In this document: one piece after another, positions 37,223 to 46,763 of the stretch
Layout: every line of letters begins with the position of its first letter
Position numbering within the stretch: position 1 is the stretch's first letter
DNA from: Candidatus Dormiibacterota bacterium
GTDB taxonomy: Bacteria; Chloroflexota; Dormibacteria; Aeolococcales; Bog-877
Assembly: GCA_963701235.1 (NCBI GenBank)
Contig: OY969577.1
Location: 198,841 to 262,840, forward strand
Length of the DNA stretch: 64,000 nt
Reading direction: 5' to 3'
Translations under genes and position numbers: made by a program
Notes under the pieces: model-generated
Seen by the model: the letters and a program-made list of their open reading frames with translations, nothing else
Told to the model about the DNA's origin: nothing
Databases searched by the model: none

Positions 37223-38422
37223 ATGGCGCTGAGTTCGCGGGATTTGCTACAGAGGGCGCGCGCGGAGGTGCCCGAGGTCGCGCCCGGAGAGTTGCGGGCG
37301 CAGCTGGATCGAGATGGTCGCCGCCAGCTCCTCGACGTTAGAGAGCCGGACGAGGTCGCTCAGGGGGTGCTCCCCGACGCGGTGCTGATCCCGAGAGGGT
37401 TCCTCGAGCTCCAGGTCGAGTCGGCCATCCCCGATCGCTCGACCCCAATCACCGTCTACTGCGCCTCGGGTCTGCGCTCGCTGCTGGCCGCCATGAGCCT
37501 GCGGGGAATGGGCTACTCGGATGTGGCCTCGCTGCAGGGAGGGTTCAATGCCTGGAAGGCGCAGGGAATGCCCTACACCGCGGCCCCCTCCTTCACTGCC
37601 GATCAGCGGGAGCGTTACAGCCGCCACTTCCTGCTCAAGGAGGTGGGCGAAGTGGGCCAGGCCCAGTTGCTCGACGCCAAGGTTCTGCTGCTCGGGGCGG
37701 GGGGCCTCGGGGCACCGGTCGCCTACTACCTGGCCGCCGCCGGGGTAGGGACCATCGGTCTGGTGGACTTCGACCGTGTCGAGCTCAGCAACCTGCAGCG
37801 GCAGATCGTCCACACCGTCGACCGGCTCGGGATGCTCAAGACCGAGTCGGCGGCAATCGCGCTCAGGGCGCTCAACCCCGATGTCAAGGTGGTTGAGCAC
37901 AACCTCCATCTGGACGGCTCCAACGCGGCCGAGCTCTTCGCCCAGAACGACGTGATCGTGAATGGCAGCGACAACTTCCCCACCCGCTACCTGGCCAACG
38001 ACGTGGCCGTCTTCCTGCGCAAGCCGCTGGTGGACGGCGGCATCTTCCGCTTCGAAGGGCAGGTCACGACCATGATTCCCTTCGAGTCCGCCTGTTATCG
38101 CTGCCGCTATCCAGCGCCGCCACCGCCGGAGGAGGCGCCGAGCTGCTCCGAGGCTGGAGTTCTCGGGGTGCTGCCGGGACTGGTTGGCATGATCGAGGCT
38201 ACCGAGGTGGTGAAGCTGATCCTCGGCATCGGCAAGACTTTGAGCGGTCGCCTGCTCCATGTCGACGCCCTGACCATGGAGTTCAACGAGTTCCGCTTGC
38301 GGCGCGACCCCGATTGCCCGGTCTGCGGTACCCATCCCACCATCACCGAACCCATCGACTACGAGGGGTTCTGCCTCAACCCCAGCTTGGTGACGGCGAC
38401 CCGTACGCCGGTTGCCGTCTGA
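37223..38422 (+). CDS. Rhodanese domain fused N-terminally to a ThiF/MoeB-type E1-like adenylyltransferase
   Basis: Rhodanese with the CASGLRS catalytic loop. It is followed by a ThiF nucleotide-binding fold (LLLGAGGLGAPVAYYLAAAGVG) and CxxC...CxxC zinc motifs. Confidence 0.85.
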   Translation: MALSSRDLLQRARAEVPEVAPGELRAQLDRDGRRQLLDVREPDEVAQGVLPDAVLIPRGFLELQVESAIPDRSTPITVYCASGLRSLLAAMSLRGMGYSDVASLQGGFNAWKAQGMPYTAAPSFTADQRERYSRHFLLKEVGEVGQAQLLDAKVLLLGAGGLGAPVAYYLAAAGVGTIGLVDFDRVELSNLQRQIVHTVDRLGMLKTESAAIALRALNPDVKVVEHNLHLDGSNAAELFAQNDVIVNGSDNFPTRYLANDVAVFLRKPLVDGGIFRFEGQVTTMIPFESACYRCRYPAPPPPEEAPSCSEAGVLGVLPGLVGMIEATEVVKLILGIGKTLSGRLLHVDALTMEFNEFRLRRDPDCPVCGTHPTITEPIDYEGFCLNPSLVTATRTPVAV

Positions 38423-38489
38423 ACAGTTATGTCCGGCTTCGCCTGCCAATCCACGCTTGATCTCGGACGGCGCCGGGTAACATGAAACC

Positions 38490-38705
38490 GTGAAGCAGGC
38501 CACGATCTCACTTGATGATCTGATCACCGCGGTGGAGACGGCGCGGGACAAGGTGATGGCCGACGAGGTCCGCTCCCTGGTCAAGTTCGGCATACCCAAG
38601 GCGATGGCTCAGCAGATGGTCGCGGCCAGGTTCCAGCAGAAGGTCGGAGGTGACGAGAGCGAGGGTGGGGAGACAGAGACCCCAGCCTGGCCCGACATGA
38701 GCTGA
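38490..38705 (+). CDS. Small hypothetical protein (71 aa, GTG start)
   Basis: ORF with an acidic tail, immediately upstream of the HExxH protein. Confidence 0.35.
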   Translation: MKQATISLDDLITAVETARDKVMADEVRSLVKFGIPKAMAQQMVAARFQQKVGGDESEGGETETPAWPDMS

Positions 38706-38757
38706 TCCCGCCTGCGGTCGCCACCCCCAATCCTCGAGGTGAGGGGACAGCGGCAGG

Positions 38758-39840
38758 GTGGAAGGTTCGGTCCCTCTCAGCCCCTACCGCTCCGACCGAC
38801 AGTACGCGCGGCTAGAGACGTACCGCCGACTGGGGTTGGCAGACGCGACCTGGGCAGCGGAGCAGTTCAACCTTCGGGTTGATGTCTCGACGGTCGGTCC
38901 GGATGGCGCGGAGCAGCGGGCAGCCGAGGTCTGGGAAGCGATCGAGAGGCTGCCTCTGCAGGTCAAGGACATCGTCCGCAGTGTCATCGATGAGATCCGG
39001 ATCGAGCACGAAGGCGGATTCCAGCCCGACACGCTGGGCACCTGGCGAGACGGTGTGATGCGGATAAATCGGGACTGGTCGTTGATCCCCGCGCTGAAGG
39101 ACCCGGGGTGGCACCGCGATCTTGGCTATGACCTGCTTCGGGCCACGCTGGTGCACGAATGCGGCCATGCTCTGATCGAAGATCCCCGAGGTGGCGTACC
39201 CCTTCGCGACACGGTCACCCTGATCGCCGCGTCGGGTTGGCTGCCTCACCCGCTCCGGGACCCAATACCGTACGGCCCGGTGGGCCGACAGGTTTCAACC
39301 CTATCCGACTACTACCTGGCCAGGCTGCGGGAACTAGACGGCAGCTGGAACGAGGAGCTATCGCTGGGCGATCACCGGATGCCATCGGCGGAGCAGCTGG
39401 ACCGAGACGTGATGCTCCAGGTCAGCAAGGCCAAGTGCCAGCGGACCAAGGACCGGGGCTCGCTCGGGCTGTTGGGCTCGGATGAGCTGCTCCGCCGCCT
39501 CCGCAACGAGGAGCCCCGGCGGTTGAACCAGGAGCTGGCCGATCGCGGCCTCGGCTTGGAGGACATTGACGCGGCGCTGCGCCGGCGTCGCGGGATCTCC
39601 CTCTATGCCGAGGAAGCCATTTCCGAGACTCCCGCTGAGATTTTTCGATGCATCCATGCCCCCTTCACGCGCGCCGAGCACAGCCGCGCTGCCTTGCTGG
39701 AAGGCGAGCGGGTTCTCCTGGAGCCATGGCGCAGCGCTGACCGAGCCATCGGTGCTCGCCGTCCGGCACTGGCGCCGGAACGGCCATGGGAGGCCCTGCA
39801 GCTGGTCAGGCGCGGGCTGGGCAGGGAGTTGGGAAGGTGA
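38758..39840 (+). CDS. Hypothetical HExxH zinc-metallopeptidase-like protein (SprT/Wss1-like core)
   Basis: RINRDW...LVHECGHALIE resembles the SprT-like I-R-L-N...HE-x-CH arrangement. C-terminal ~200 aa unassigned. Confidence 0.5.
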   Translation: MEGSVPLSPYRSDRQYARLETYRRLGLADATWAAEQFNLRVDVSTVGPDGAEQRAAEVWEAIERLPLQVKDIVRSVIDEIRIEHEGGFQPDTLGTWRDGVMRINRDWSLIPALKDPGWHRDLGYDLLRATLVHECGHALIEDPRGGVPLRDTVTLIAASGWLPHPLRDPIPYGPVGRQVSTLSDYYLARLRELDGSWNEELSLGDHRMPSAEQLDRDVMLQVSKAKCQRTKDRGSLGLLGSDELLRRLRNEEPRRLNQELADRGLGLEDIDAALRRRRGISLYAEEAISETPAEIFRCIHAPFTRAEHSRAALLEGERVLLEPWRSADRAIGARRPALAPERPWEALQLVRRGLGRELGR

Positions 39841-39857
39841 GCCCGGAGGTGAGCCCG

Positions 39858-40145
39858 ATGGAACAGAGATTCCGGCTGGCGGAACGCGGTGCGCAGAGGT
39901 CCGTCGAGGTCTGGGGATTCCCGGTGCAGCTTCAGGGTGACCAAGATTTGTGCCAGCGGCTCCGCGGTTACCTCAACGAGCCGGTCCTGAGACTCAGCGG
40001 CGCCTTTGACGAGACCACCGAAGAGCGCGGCACCCGAGTGGTCGCCCTGAGTCCGGGCTCGGCCGGATGGCTGGAGGGCTGCCTGCAGAGGGCGGCGGAG
40101 GCGCTAAACCTGCGGCTCACCGAGGCACCTCTCAGTGAAGGTTGA
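39858..40145 (+). CDS. Small hypothetical protein (96 aa)
   Basis: ATG with a GGAGGTG Shine-Dalgarno 6 nt upstream, just after the HExxH gene. Confidence 0.35.
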   Translation: MEQRFRLAERGAQRSVEVWGFPVQLQGDQDLCQRLRGYLNEPVLRLSGAFDETTEERGTRVVALSPGSAGWLEGCLQRAAEALNLRLTEAPLSEG

Positions 40146-40227
40146 CAGCTGCTCTCAAGAAGGGGTTGTCCAAGCCTCCGATCAGAGACTATGGTTCTCT
40201 CCTCACTAGGTTTCACAGAGGCGAAAC

Positions 40228-40839
40228 GTGACCGATTGGGGCCGGTCGCGGCGCGCTGCGCTGATGCTCGTATTAGGGCCGATTGTCCTCGGGACCGCGG
40301 CCTGCGCTAGCTCTACGGCCACGATTCCCCCCGCCACGCCTTCGCCGTCCGCGGCGTCCACCACCATTGCTCCCGGGGTAAAAGTTAATTCCTCGGATTT
40401 AGCTCTCCCGCCCTACTCTATCTCCGCATCCAATCCACTGCCGTCGGGTATCTCTGCGAAACGAGTCGCATCAGATGTAGTCATTGACGATCTGATCGAG
40501 AATCACGCTCTGCAGAGTGCGAATCCGGCGCTCCTCATGTACGCCGACACCGGGGATGCCCTGCAATCTGAGAGGCAAGAAATTGCGGCCAACAAATCAC
40601 ACAACATCGCGGTGCTCAGGATTCAGGATGCTGTCAGCAGTATTCAGCTGGGCAGTAAATCGGATCCAAGCAATGCCTCAGCCCAAATCGCCGCGATCGT
40701 AGAAGGCGAAGAGACGCAAGAGCAACGGGTTAGTACTGGCACGGTCGATCACACAAAACGTAACTTTGACGTCCTTGTCTGGCTAGTTTGGTCGCCGCCG
40801 CGAATGCGATATTTGCTATGCGACACGGCAAGCGCTTAG
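40228..40839 (+). CDS. Putative lipoprotein (lower-GC gene)
   Basis: Signal peptide with lipobox-like LGTAAC. GC content about 52%. Confidence 0.5.
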   Translation: MTDWGRSRRAALMLVLGPIVLGTAACASSTATIPPATPSPSAASTTIAPGVKVNSSDLALPPYSISASNPLPSGISAKRVASDVVIDDLIENHALQSANPALLMYADTGDALQSERQEIAANKSHNIAVLRIQDAVSSIQLGSKSDPSNASAQIAAIVEGEETQEQRVSTGTVDHTKRNFDVLVWLVWSPPRMRYLLCDTASA

Positions 40840-41765
40840 CCCTTAGCGCCGTTATTGGGGCCATCGCGCTCCTACCGGGGCCACTACTCGTCCACGCGAA
40901 CTTTGCAACCTCTCCTCCCACAGTGGCATGCCAGGGCGGGATCTCCGCTCTCACGTTTGGTGGGACCTGTACCGGAATACAGGGTCCGACCGCGCCTACC
41001 CAACCGGCTATCTGGCATCACTGGACAACAGTGCCTCCTGCCGCCCCACAGGCGTGTACACCATTCGAGTCCATCGAGTGGGCCGCGGCGTCGGCCGTGA
41101 GCAGCGAGTGGTCGAGCGGGGCCGCCTGGACGGTGGATGGCCAGAGGGTTCCGATTGTCTACTCCACCCCGCAGACAGATCGAGGCTGGGACTACCTGGT
41201 AACTTGCGGCGGCGCAGTCGATCTCCGATTCTTGCGTGTCGTAGCCGAGCCGCGTCAGCCAAGTCCTTGTTCCCTGGTGACTCCTGCGACCCAATGCGTG
41301 CCAGGGCTCAATCCGACAGCGTTCCTGGCCGACGTAGCAGGCCAGGTACCGACCGAGGCGATCGTCGCCACTCCGGCTGGGACGGGAGTGGTCGGCGTGC
41401 CAGTGCAGGTGGTACTTGCACCTATCCCGCGGGCCGAGTACGCAGAGATCGATTTGAATGTGCCGGACGCTGGGGACGGAGACCCGGGCGAGACACTGCA
41501 TGTGGTCTGGGTCGTGGAGGCGGTCCCCGAGCTGGTTTCTTGGGCCTTTCCCGACGGATCTTCGTCTACAAACGACGCGTGGATCCCGCAGACCTACGTC
41601 ACGAGTGGAATGATTCGAGCCAGCCTCGAGTACAGCGTGACGGCAGAAGGGTTTTGGTCCGATGGCGTAGCGATCCACGAGTTACCAACCGTGTCAGTTG
41701 GAACCATCCCGATTACTGCGCAGTTGAACTACTCGGTGGAGCAGATTCAACCTGCCCTGGGGTAG
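40818..41765 (+). CDS. Secreted hypothetical protein
   Basis: N-terminal signal peptide MRHGKRLALSAVIGAIALLPGPLLVHA. Lower GC than its surroundings. Confidence 0.5.
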   Translation: MRHGKRLALSAVIGAIALLPGPLLVHANFATSPPTVACQGGISALTFGGTCTGIQGPTAPTQPAIWHHWTTVPPAAPQACTPFESIEWAAASAVSSEWSSGAAWTVDGQRVPIVYSTPQTDRGWDYLVTCGGAVDLRFLRVVAEPRQPSPCSLVTPATQCVPGLNPTAFLADVAGQVPTEAIVATPAGTGVVGVPVQVVLAPIPRAEYAEIDLNVPDAGDGDPGETLHVVWVVEAVPELVSWAFPDGSSSTNDAWIPQTYVTSGMIRASLEYSVTAEGFWSDGVAIHELPTVSVGTIPITAQLNYSVEQIQPALG

Positions 41766-41813
41766 CCGCGATAACGCTCCCCTGTTCGCTAGACTGGGCG
41801 CCCCAACGACAGG

Positions 41814-41890
<77 letters not shown>

Positions 41891-41985
41891 GGCCCACCGT
41901 GGGTCCGAGGTTGCAGACCGCGGTCGCAGCGTCCGGGGTGACTCGATCGCGCCGACTCCTGCCCAGGTGCGATCCTTAACGACCC

Positions 41986-42804
41986 ATGCGCAACCCCGGA
42001 AGCAGAGAACTCCGCCGCCGCCAAGCCCGCTTGGAGAGCCAGCAGCGAACTGCGGTCCGGGAACAGACGCCGGCGCCTCGGCGCGCGGACATGATGCGAC
42101 GCGGAGGCCTGCTCGAGGGTCTCGCCCCCGGGGTGGTGTTCCGGTTGACCCTGGCGGTCACAGCCGCCAGCTTGATATTGATCGCCGCGGCGGTCCTGGG
42201 GGTGTTGGTCGAGATCGGTCAACACGACCTGGTGCTCGGAGTGATCGTGCTTTTGGTGGCGCTGGCCATCACCGGCATCGTCGGCTCGGTGACGGCGCCC
42301 GCGATGAGGGCGGCGCGTAGAGACCGCCGGCTGCCTGCCCAATCAATCCAAGGCCCCCTGGTGGGAGCTAGCTTGGTCTCGCCGACGCCGGGCCTGGCCA
42401 CGGTGGCGATCACGGTCGCGAAGAATGTCGAGCAGTTCAGGGTCAGGCCCGAGCTATTCGACAAGCTCCGAGGGGGCGCCACGGTGGTGGGACTCACGAT
42501 CACACCTGGTCTCAACTATGTGCAGACCCTGACGGTGATCCGTCGCGACCGACTTGCCACCATGACCACGCCCCCCGTAACCCGGGCGATTAGGATTTCC
42601 GTCTGGCTGCCCCTGGTCTCGATGGCCGCCGTGGTGACCGCGCTGGCCTTAGGCTGCTTGGTCGGGGCCCTCCTGCCTCTCGGGAGGAGCGTCGTGCATC
42701 CGCTGGCCACGGCCCTTCTGGCCGTGGGCCTGGCGGGCGCAGTGGCCTTGTTCACCAGGTGGTACGGCGGGCGACTGGTGAAGCAACTCGGAATCGAGCC
42801 CTAA
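41986..42804 (+). CDS. Hypothetical membrane protein
   Basis: Several hydrophobic helices. Start uncertain (MMRRGG internal Met possible). Confidence 0.4.
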   Translation: MRNPGSRELRRRQARLESQQRTAVREQTPAPRRADMMRRGGLLEGLAPGVVFRLTLAVTAASLILIAAAVLGVLVEIGQHDLVLGVIVLLVALAITGIVGSVTAPAMRAARRDRRLPAQSIQGPLVGASLVSPTPGLATVAITVAKNVEQFRVRPELFDKLRGGATVVGLTITPGLNYVQTLTVIRRDRLATMTTPPVTRAIRISVWLPLVSMAAVVTALALGCLVGALLPLGRSVVHPLATALLAVGLAGAVALFTRWYGGRLVKQLGIEP

Positions 42805-42920
42805 CTGAGCCAAGCCTCCGCCTCCTGGCGGCGAGATGATTTGGCGGCTGTTAGAATTCGACTCCCCTGCACCCGGTACCCAGCCGGCTGCATACCCACA
42901 GGATCTGGGAGGCGCTTGAC

Positions 42921-43394
42921 TTGAACCGCGAGTACGAACTCTTCTATGTGCTCCGCCCTGACATCGACGAGGATCAGGTCCGGACCGCAATGGACGAAGT
43001 GGCCGCCCTGATCGCAGGCCAGGGGGGCGAGATGACCAAGTCCTCGCTCTGGGGACGGCGCCGTCTGGCCTACACGATCGCGGGCTTCAACGACGGCTAC
43101 TACGCCCTCAAAGAAATGACCTTACCGGCAGAAAAGGTCCGCGAGTTGGAGAGGCAACTCCGGCTGGATGAGCGGGTGATTCGGCACCTGATCAGCCTCA
43201 GGCAGGTGTATTACCTGCCGGGCGACGAGGATCGCCGTGGTCGGGTCAGAACCCGCAGTCGAGATCGAGGTGAAGCAGTCGATGGAGCCCTCCCCGAGGA
43301 CGGGGAACTGACGGACGATGCTCTGGAGGCTGAGGTCGCCGCGGACGACGGATTCGGGGCCGATCTGGCCGTCGACGAGAAGGGGGAGGAATAG
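42921..43394 (+). CDS. rpsF: 30S ribosomal protein S6
   Basis: YELFYVLRPD N-terminus and an acidic C-tail. TTG start with a GGGAGG Shine-Dalgarno. Confidence 0.9.
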   Translation: MNREYELFYVLRPDIDEDQVRTAMDEVAALIAGQGGEMTKSSLWGRRRLAYTIAGFNDGYYALKEMTLPAEKVRELERQLRLDERVIRHLISLRQVYYLPGDEDRRGRVRTRSRDRGEAVDGALPEDGELTDDALEAEVAADDGFGADLAVDEKGEE

Positions 43395-43396
43395 CG

Positions 43397-43876
43397 GTGG
43401 CAGGTTCTCTCAACCGGGTGCAGTTGATCGGCAGGTGCACCGCCGATCCGGAGATGCGGTACCTACCCAGTGGCCAGCCGGTGACGCAGCTGCGAATCGC
43501 CACCAATCGCTATGGCAGCTCCCAAGATGGCGAGCGTCGCGAGTTCACCGACTACCACGACGTGGTGGTCTGGAATATCGGACAGCGCAAGCTGGCCGAG
43601 CTAGCCGGGCAGTTCCTGCACAAGGGCAGCCTGGTCTACATCGAGGGCCGTCTGCAGACCCGCTCATGGGACGGGCAGGATGGCCAGAAGCGCTATCGCA
43701 CCGAGGTCAACGCCAGCGACATCCAGTTCCTGGACTCGCGGGGAGCGTCCTCGGAGGCCGGGGACACCGGGGCCCGGGTCCAGGCATTTCCGCCGCGGGC
43801 CGGCGGCGAGGAGGCCTCGCCAACACCGTCTGAGGTACCGGACGGGGACATCGATCCCGATGACATTCCCTTCTAG
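43397..43876 (+). CDS. ssb: Single-stranded DNA-binding protein
   Basis: OB-fold N-terminus NRVQLIGR and an acidic tail ending DDIPF. Confidence 0.9.
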   Translation: MAGSLNRVQLIGRCTADPEMRYLPSGQPVTQLRIATNRYGSSQDGERREFTDYHDVVVWNIGQRKLAELAGQFLHKGSLVYIEGRLQTRSWDGQDGQKRYRTEVNASDIQFLDSRGASSEAGDTGARVQAFPPRAGGEEASPTPSEVPDGDIDPDDIPF

Positions 43877-43918
43877 TCTGGCCGTGAACCCATCCAACGG
43901 AGGCCGAGAGAACTGAGC

Positions 43919-44152
43919 ATGTCGGAATACGCGAGGCGGCGCCCGCGCAAGGTCTGCAACTTCTGCCTCGAGCGCATCGTCGAGGTGGATCACAAGGAGG
44001 TCTCCCGCCTCCGCCGCTACATCAGTGAGCGGGGGAAGATCCTTCCGCGTCGCGTGACCGGCACCTGTTCATTGCACCAGCGGCGACTGACGGTGGCCCT
44101 CAAGCGCGCCCGTCACATGGCGCTCCTTCCCTTCGCCACCGACCAGCACTGA
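43919..44152 (+). CDS. rpsR: 30S ribosomal protein S18
   Basis: Characteristic S18 sequence (...CNFC...ISERGKILPRRVTG...). Confidence 0.9.
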   Translation: MSEYARRRPRKVCNFCLERIVEVDHKEVSRLRRYISERGKILPRRVTGTCSLHQRRLTVALKRARHMALLPFATDQH

Positions 44153-44215
44153 GGCCGGAAAGCAGCCCGATCGCGGCCCGCCAGCCCGCAACAATCTCAG
44201 CACGGGCGCGGTACA

Positions 44216-45082
44216 GTGCCCGGCGTCAACCCGGATCCACTGGAGGCAGAGCTCGTGCCGCTTCCTCGCAAGCCGGCCAGCACCCGACGATCAGCCGTCA
44301 CCTCCGCCCGCCGTCGCTCGAAGCCGCTGGTCACGCTCAGCATCGACGTCGGCGGCACCGGGATCAAGGCGGACTTTCTGGACGAATCCGGCAAGCCGCT
44401 GGGAGCGGCAGTGCGGATCCCCACCCACTATCCACTCAGTCCCACAGGCCTGCTCGGGGTTTTCAAGCAGCTGGCGGCAGCCGGCCCTGGATTTGATCGC
44501 ATCTCGGTGGGTTTCCCCGGGGTGGTGCGGGCCGGGATCGTCCTGAGCGCTCCCCACTTCGTCCGTGAAGGCGGCGAGGGGACCCCCATCTCTCCGGAGC
44601 TGGAGCGCGCTTGGGACCACTTCGACCTGGCCAAGAGCACATCCCGGGTCCTTGGGAAGCCGACCCGGGTGGGCAACGACGCCGAGGTCCAGGGAATGGC
44701 GGTGATCAAGGGCAAAGGCCTGGAGATGGTGGTCACTCTGGGAACGGCCTTCGGCAGCGCCATCTTTCAGGACGGGCGGCTGGCGGTCCATTTGGAGTTG
44801 GCTCATCATCCTTGCCACAAGGACAAGACCTACAGTGAGTACTTGGGCGAGGCGGCCCGGCGCAAGGTTGGCGGGAAGCGCTGGAACCGCCGTGTTCTTC
44901 TGGCAGTGGGTCTGGTTCGCGACCTGATCCTCTTCGACCACCTTTACGTGGGTGGTGGCAACTCCACCCGGGTGAAGATCCCGCTCGGCGACGATGTCTC
45001 CCTGGTCAGCAATTCCGCCGGCCTCCTGGGAGGCATCAAGCTCTGGGGCTCCGGCCCGGGAAGGCCCGGGGTCAGTCGATAG
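44216..45082 (+). CDS. ROK-family sugar kinase (polyphosphate glucokinase-like)
   Basis: ROK N-terminal motif LSIDVGGTGIKA with an Arg-rich N-terminal extension. Confidence 0.7.
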   Translation: MPGVNPDPLEAELVPLPRKPASTRRSAVTSARRRSKPLVTLSIDVGGTGIKADFLDESGKPLGAAVRIPTHYPLSPTGLLGVFKQLAAAGPGFDRISVGFPGVVRAGIVLSAPHFVREGGEGTPISPELERAWDHFDLAKSTSRVLGKPTRVGNDAEVQGMAVIKGKGLEMVVTLGTAFGSAIFQDGRLAVHLELAHHPCHKDKTYSEYLGEAARRKVGGKRWNRRVLLAVGLVRDLILFDHLYVGGGNSTRVKIPLGDDVSLVSNSAGLLGGIKLWGSGPGRPGVSR

Positions 45083-45158
45083 ACTGGTTCCGGATCGGGA
45101 GGGGTTGCCGAGGACGCGGCGACCCCGTCGCCTATCGTTCATGCCATAGGGGATTCGC

Positions 45159-46757
45159 TTGTCTTCGCCGTCAGCGCCAATCCGTCCCCGGATTCTGGTA
45201 GCCGACCCGATCGCTGAGGACGGCGTCACCCGGCTGCAGGCGGTGGGAGATGTCGAGATCGCCTTGAAACTGACTGAGGAGCAGCTGGTGGAGCGAGTGT
45301 CTCCATTCCAGGCTCTGGTGGTGCGCAGCGAGACCAAGGTGACCGCCAAGGTGATCGCGGCCGCTGCCAATCTCCGGGTGGTCGGGAGGGCCGGGGTCGG
45401 CGTCGACAATATCGACGTCGAGGCGGCCAGCGCTCGGGGGGTTCTGGTGGTGAACGCGCCCACCGGCAACACGGTCGCCGCCGCCGAGCACACCCTGGCC
45501 TTGATGCTGGCGCTGGCCAGGAATGTCGCCCGGGGTGACGCCTCCCTCCGGGCTGGCAAGTGGGAGCGCTCGCAATTGGTGGGGAGTGAGCTCCGGGGGA
45601 AGACCCTCGCAATCGTGGGTCTGGGCAAGATCGGTGCCGAGGTCGCCCGGATGGCGCTGGGACTGCAGATGCGGGTCGTGGCCTTCGATCCCCTGGTCTC
45701 GCCGGAGCGTGCCGCCCAGCTGGGCGTGGACCTGCGATCACTCGACGATGTCCTCACCCAGGCAGACGTGCTTACAGTCCACACCCCCCTCAGCGAGTCC
45801 ACCCGGGGCATGATCGGAGCAGAGCAGTTGGCCCGCATGCCCGAGGGCGCTCGGGTTCTCAACGTGGGCCGGGGCGGGATCATCGACGAGGCCGCCCTCG
45901 CTGAGGCGGTCCAGAGTGGCCATCTCGCCGGTGCCGCCGTTGACGTGTTCACCAAGGAGCCGCCGCCAGCGGAGAGCCCGCTTCTCCGGGACGCGCGGAT
46001 CCTGGTCACCCCACACCTGGGAGCGTCGACCGTCGAAGCCCAGCTCTCGGTGGCCACCGATGTGGCCGACCAGATCGCGGAGGTGCTGTCGGGCCGACCG
46101 GCCAGATGGGCGGTGAACGCCCCGGCCGTTGCCCCCGAAGAGGCCGCCCTGATCGTGCCCTACCAGATGCTGGCGGCTCGCATGGGCAGTCTCTACGGCC
46201 AGCTGGGGGGTGGCCGAATTCGCCGGGTCGAGCTCATCTTCCAAGGCGAACTCGCGGCGGTTCAGCCCGGCTCGATCACCGCAGAGGCGCTGGGCGGCGT
46301 CCTGCGCGCCTTCACCCAAGACCGGATCACGGCGGTGAATGCCCGGGCGGTGGCAAGGCAGCACGGCATCGAAGTCACCGAGCAGCGTGGCTCTCGAACC
46401 GGCACCTGGGCCAGTTCAGTCATCCTGCGGGTGGACGGCGACGGCCCTGCGGAGATCGAGGGATCCACCGCTAGCGGAGAGGCCCGGATCGTGCGCCTCG
46501 ACGGACTTCCCATCGACCTCGATCCTGAGGGCCTGTTTCTGTTCTTCCGGCATCGGGATGGCCCGGGTCTGATCGGGGCGATCGGTCAGTTACTCGGGCA
46601 GGCGAACGTCAACATCGCCGAGATGCGGGTGGGCCGGGACGCGCCGCGGGGGCGAGCGGTGACGGCGGTCAAGATCGACGAGGCCGTGACTCCGGAGCTG
46701 GCCGCGCAGCTGCGTGCCGTGGATGGAGTCACCGAGCTCCACCTGGTTGAGCTCTAG
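45159..46757 (+). CDS. serA: D-3-phosphoglycerate dehydrogenase with C-terminal ACT domain
   Basis: 2-hydroxyacid dehydrogenase NAD motif GLGKIGAEVA. 532 aa with ASB/ACT C-terminal region. Confidence 0.9.
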   Translation: MSSPSAPIRPRILVADPIAEDGVTRLQAVGDVEIALKLTEEQLVERVSPFQALVVRSETKVTAKVIAAAANLRVVGRAGVGVDNIDVEAASARGVLVVNAPTGNTVAAAEHTLALMLALARNVARGDASLRAGKWERSQLVGSELRGKTLAIVGLGKIGAEVARMALGLQMRVVAFDPLVSPERAAQLGVDLRSLDDVLTQADVLTVHTPLSESTRGMIGAEQLARMPEGARVLNVGRGGIIDEAALAEAVQSGHLAGAAVDVFTKEPPPAESPLLRDARILVTPHLGASTVEAQLSVATDVADQIAEVLSGRPARWAVNAPAVAPEEAALIVPYQMLAARMGSLYGQLGGGRIRRVELIFQGELAAVQPGSITAEALGGVLRAFTQDRITAVNARAVARQHGIEVTEQRGSRTGTWASSVILRVDGDGPAEIEGSTASGEARIVRLDGLPIDLDPEGLFLFFRHRDGPGLIGAIGQLLGQANVNIAEMRVGRDAPRGRAVTAVKIDEAVTPELAAQLRAVDGVTELHLVEL

Positions 46758-46763
46758 CGGTCG

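Noticed and set aside
35824-37224. 466-aa minus-strand ORF
   Set aside because: Antisense to the MBL-rhodanese and HIT genes, with no motifs.
37247-38599. 450-aa minus-strand ORF
   Set aside because: Antisense to the rhodanese-ThiF gene, which has clear family signatures.
41891-41985. Integration scar / att repeat downstream of tRNA-Val
   Set aside because: I could not find a direct repeat of the tRNA 3' end by eye. The lower-GC genes lie upstream of the tRNA 5' end rather than at its 3' end, so a classic tRNA-integrated island is not supported.
44291-46057. 588-aa minus-strand ORF
   Set aside because: Antisense to the ROK kinase and serA, both of which have strong homology-type signatures.
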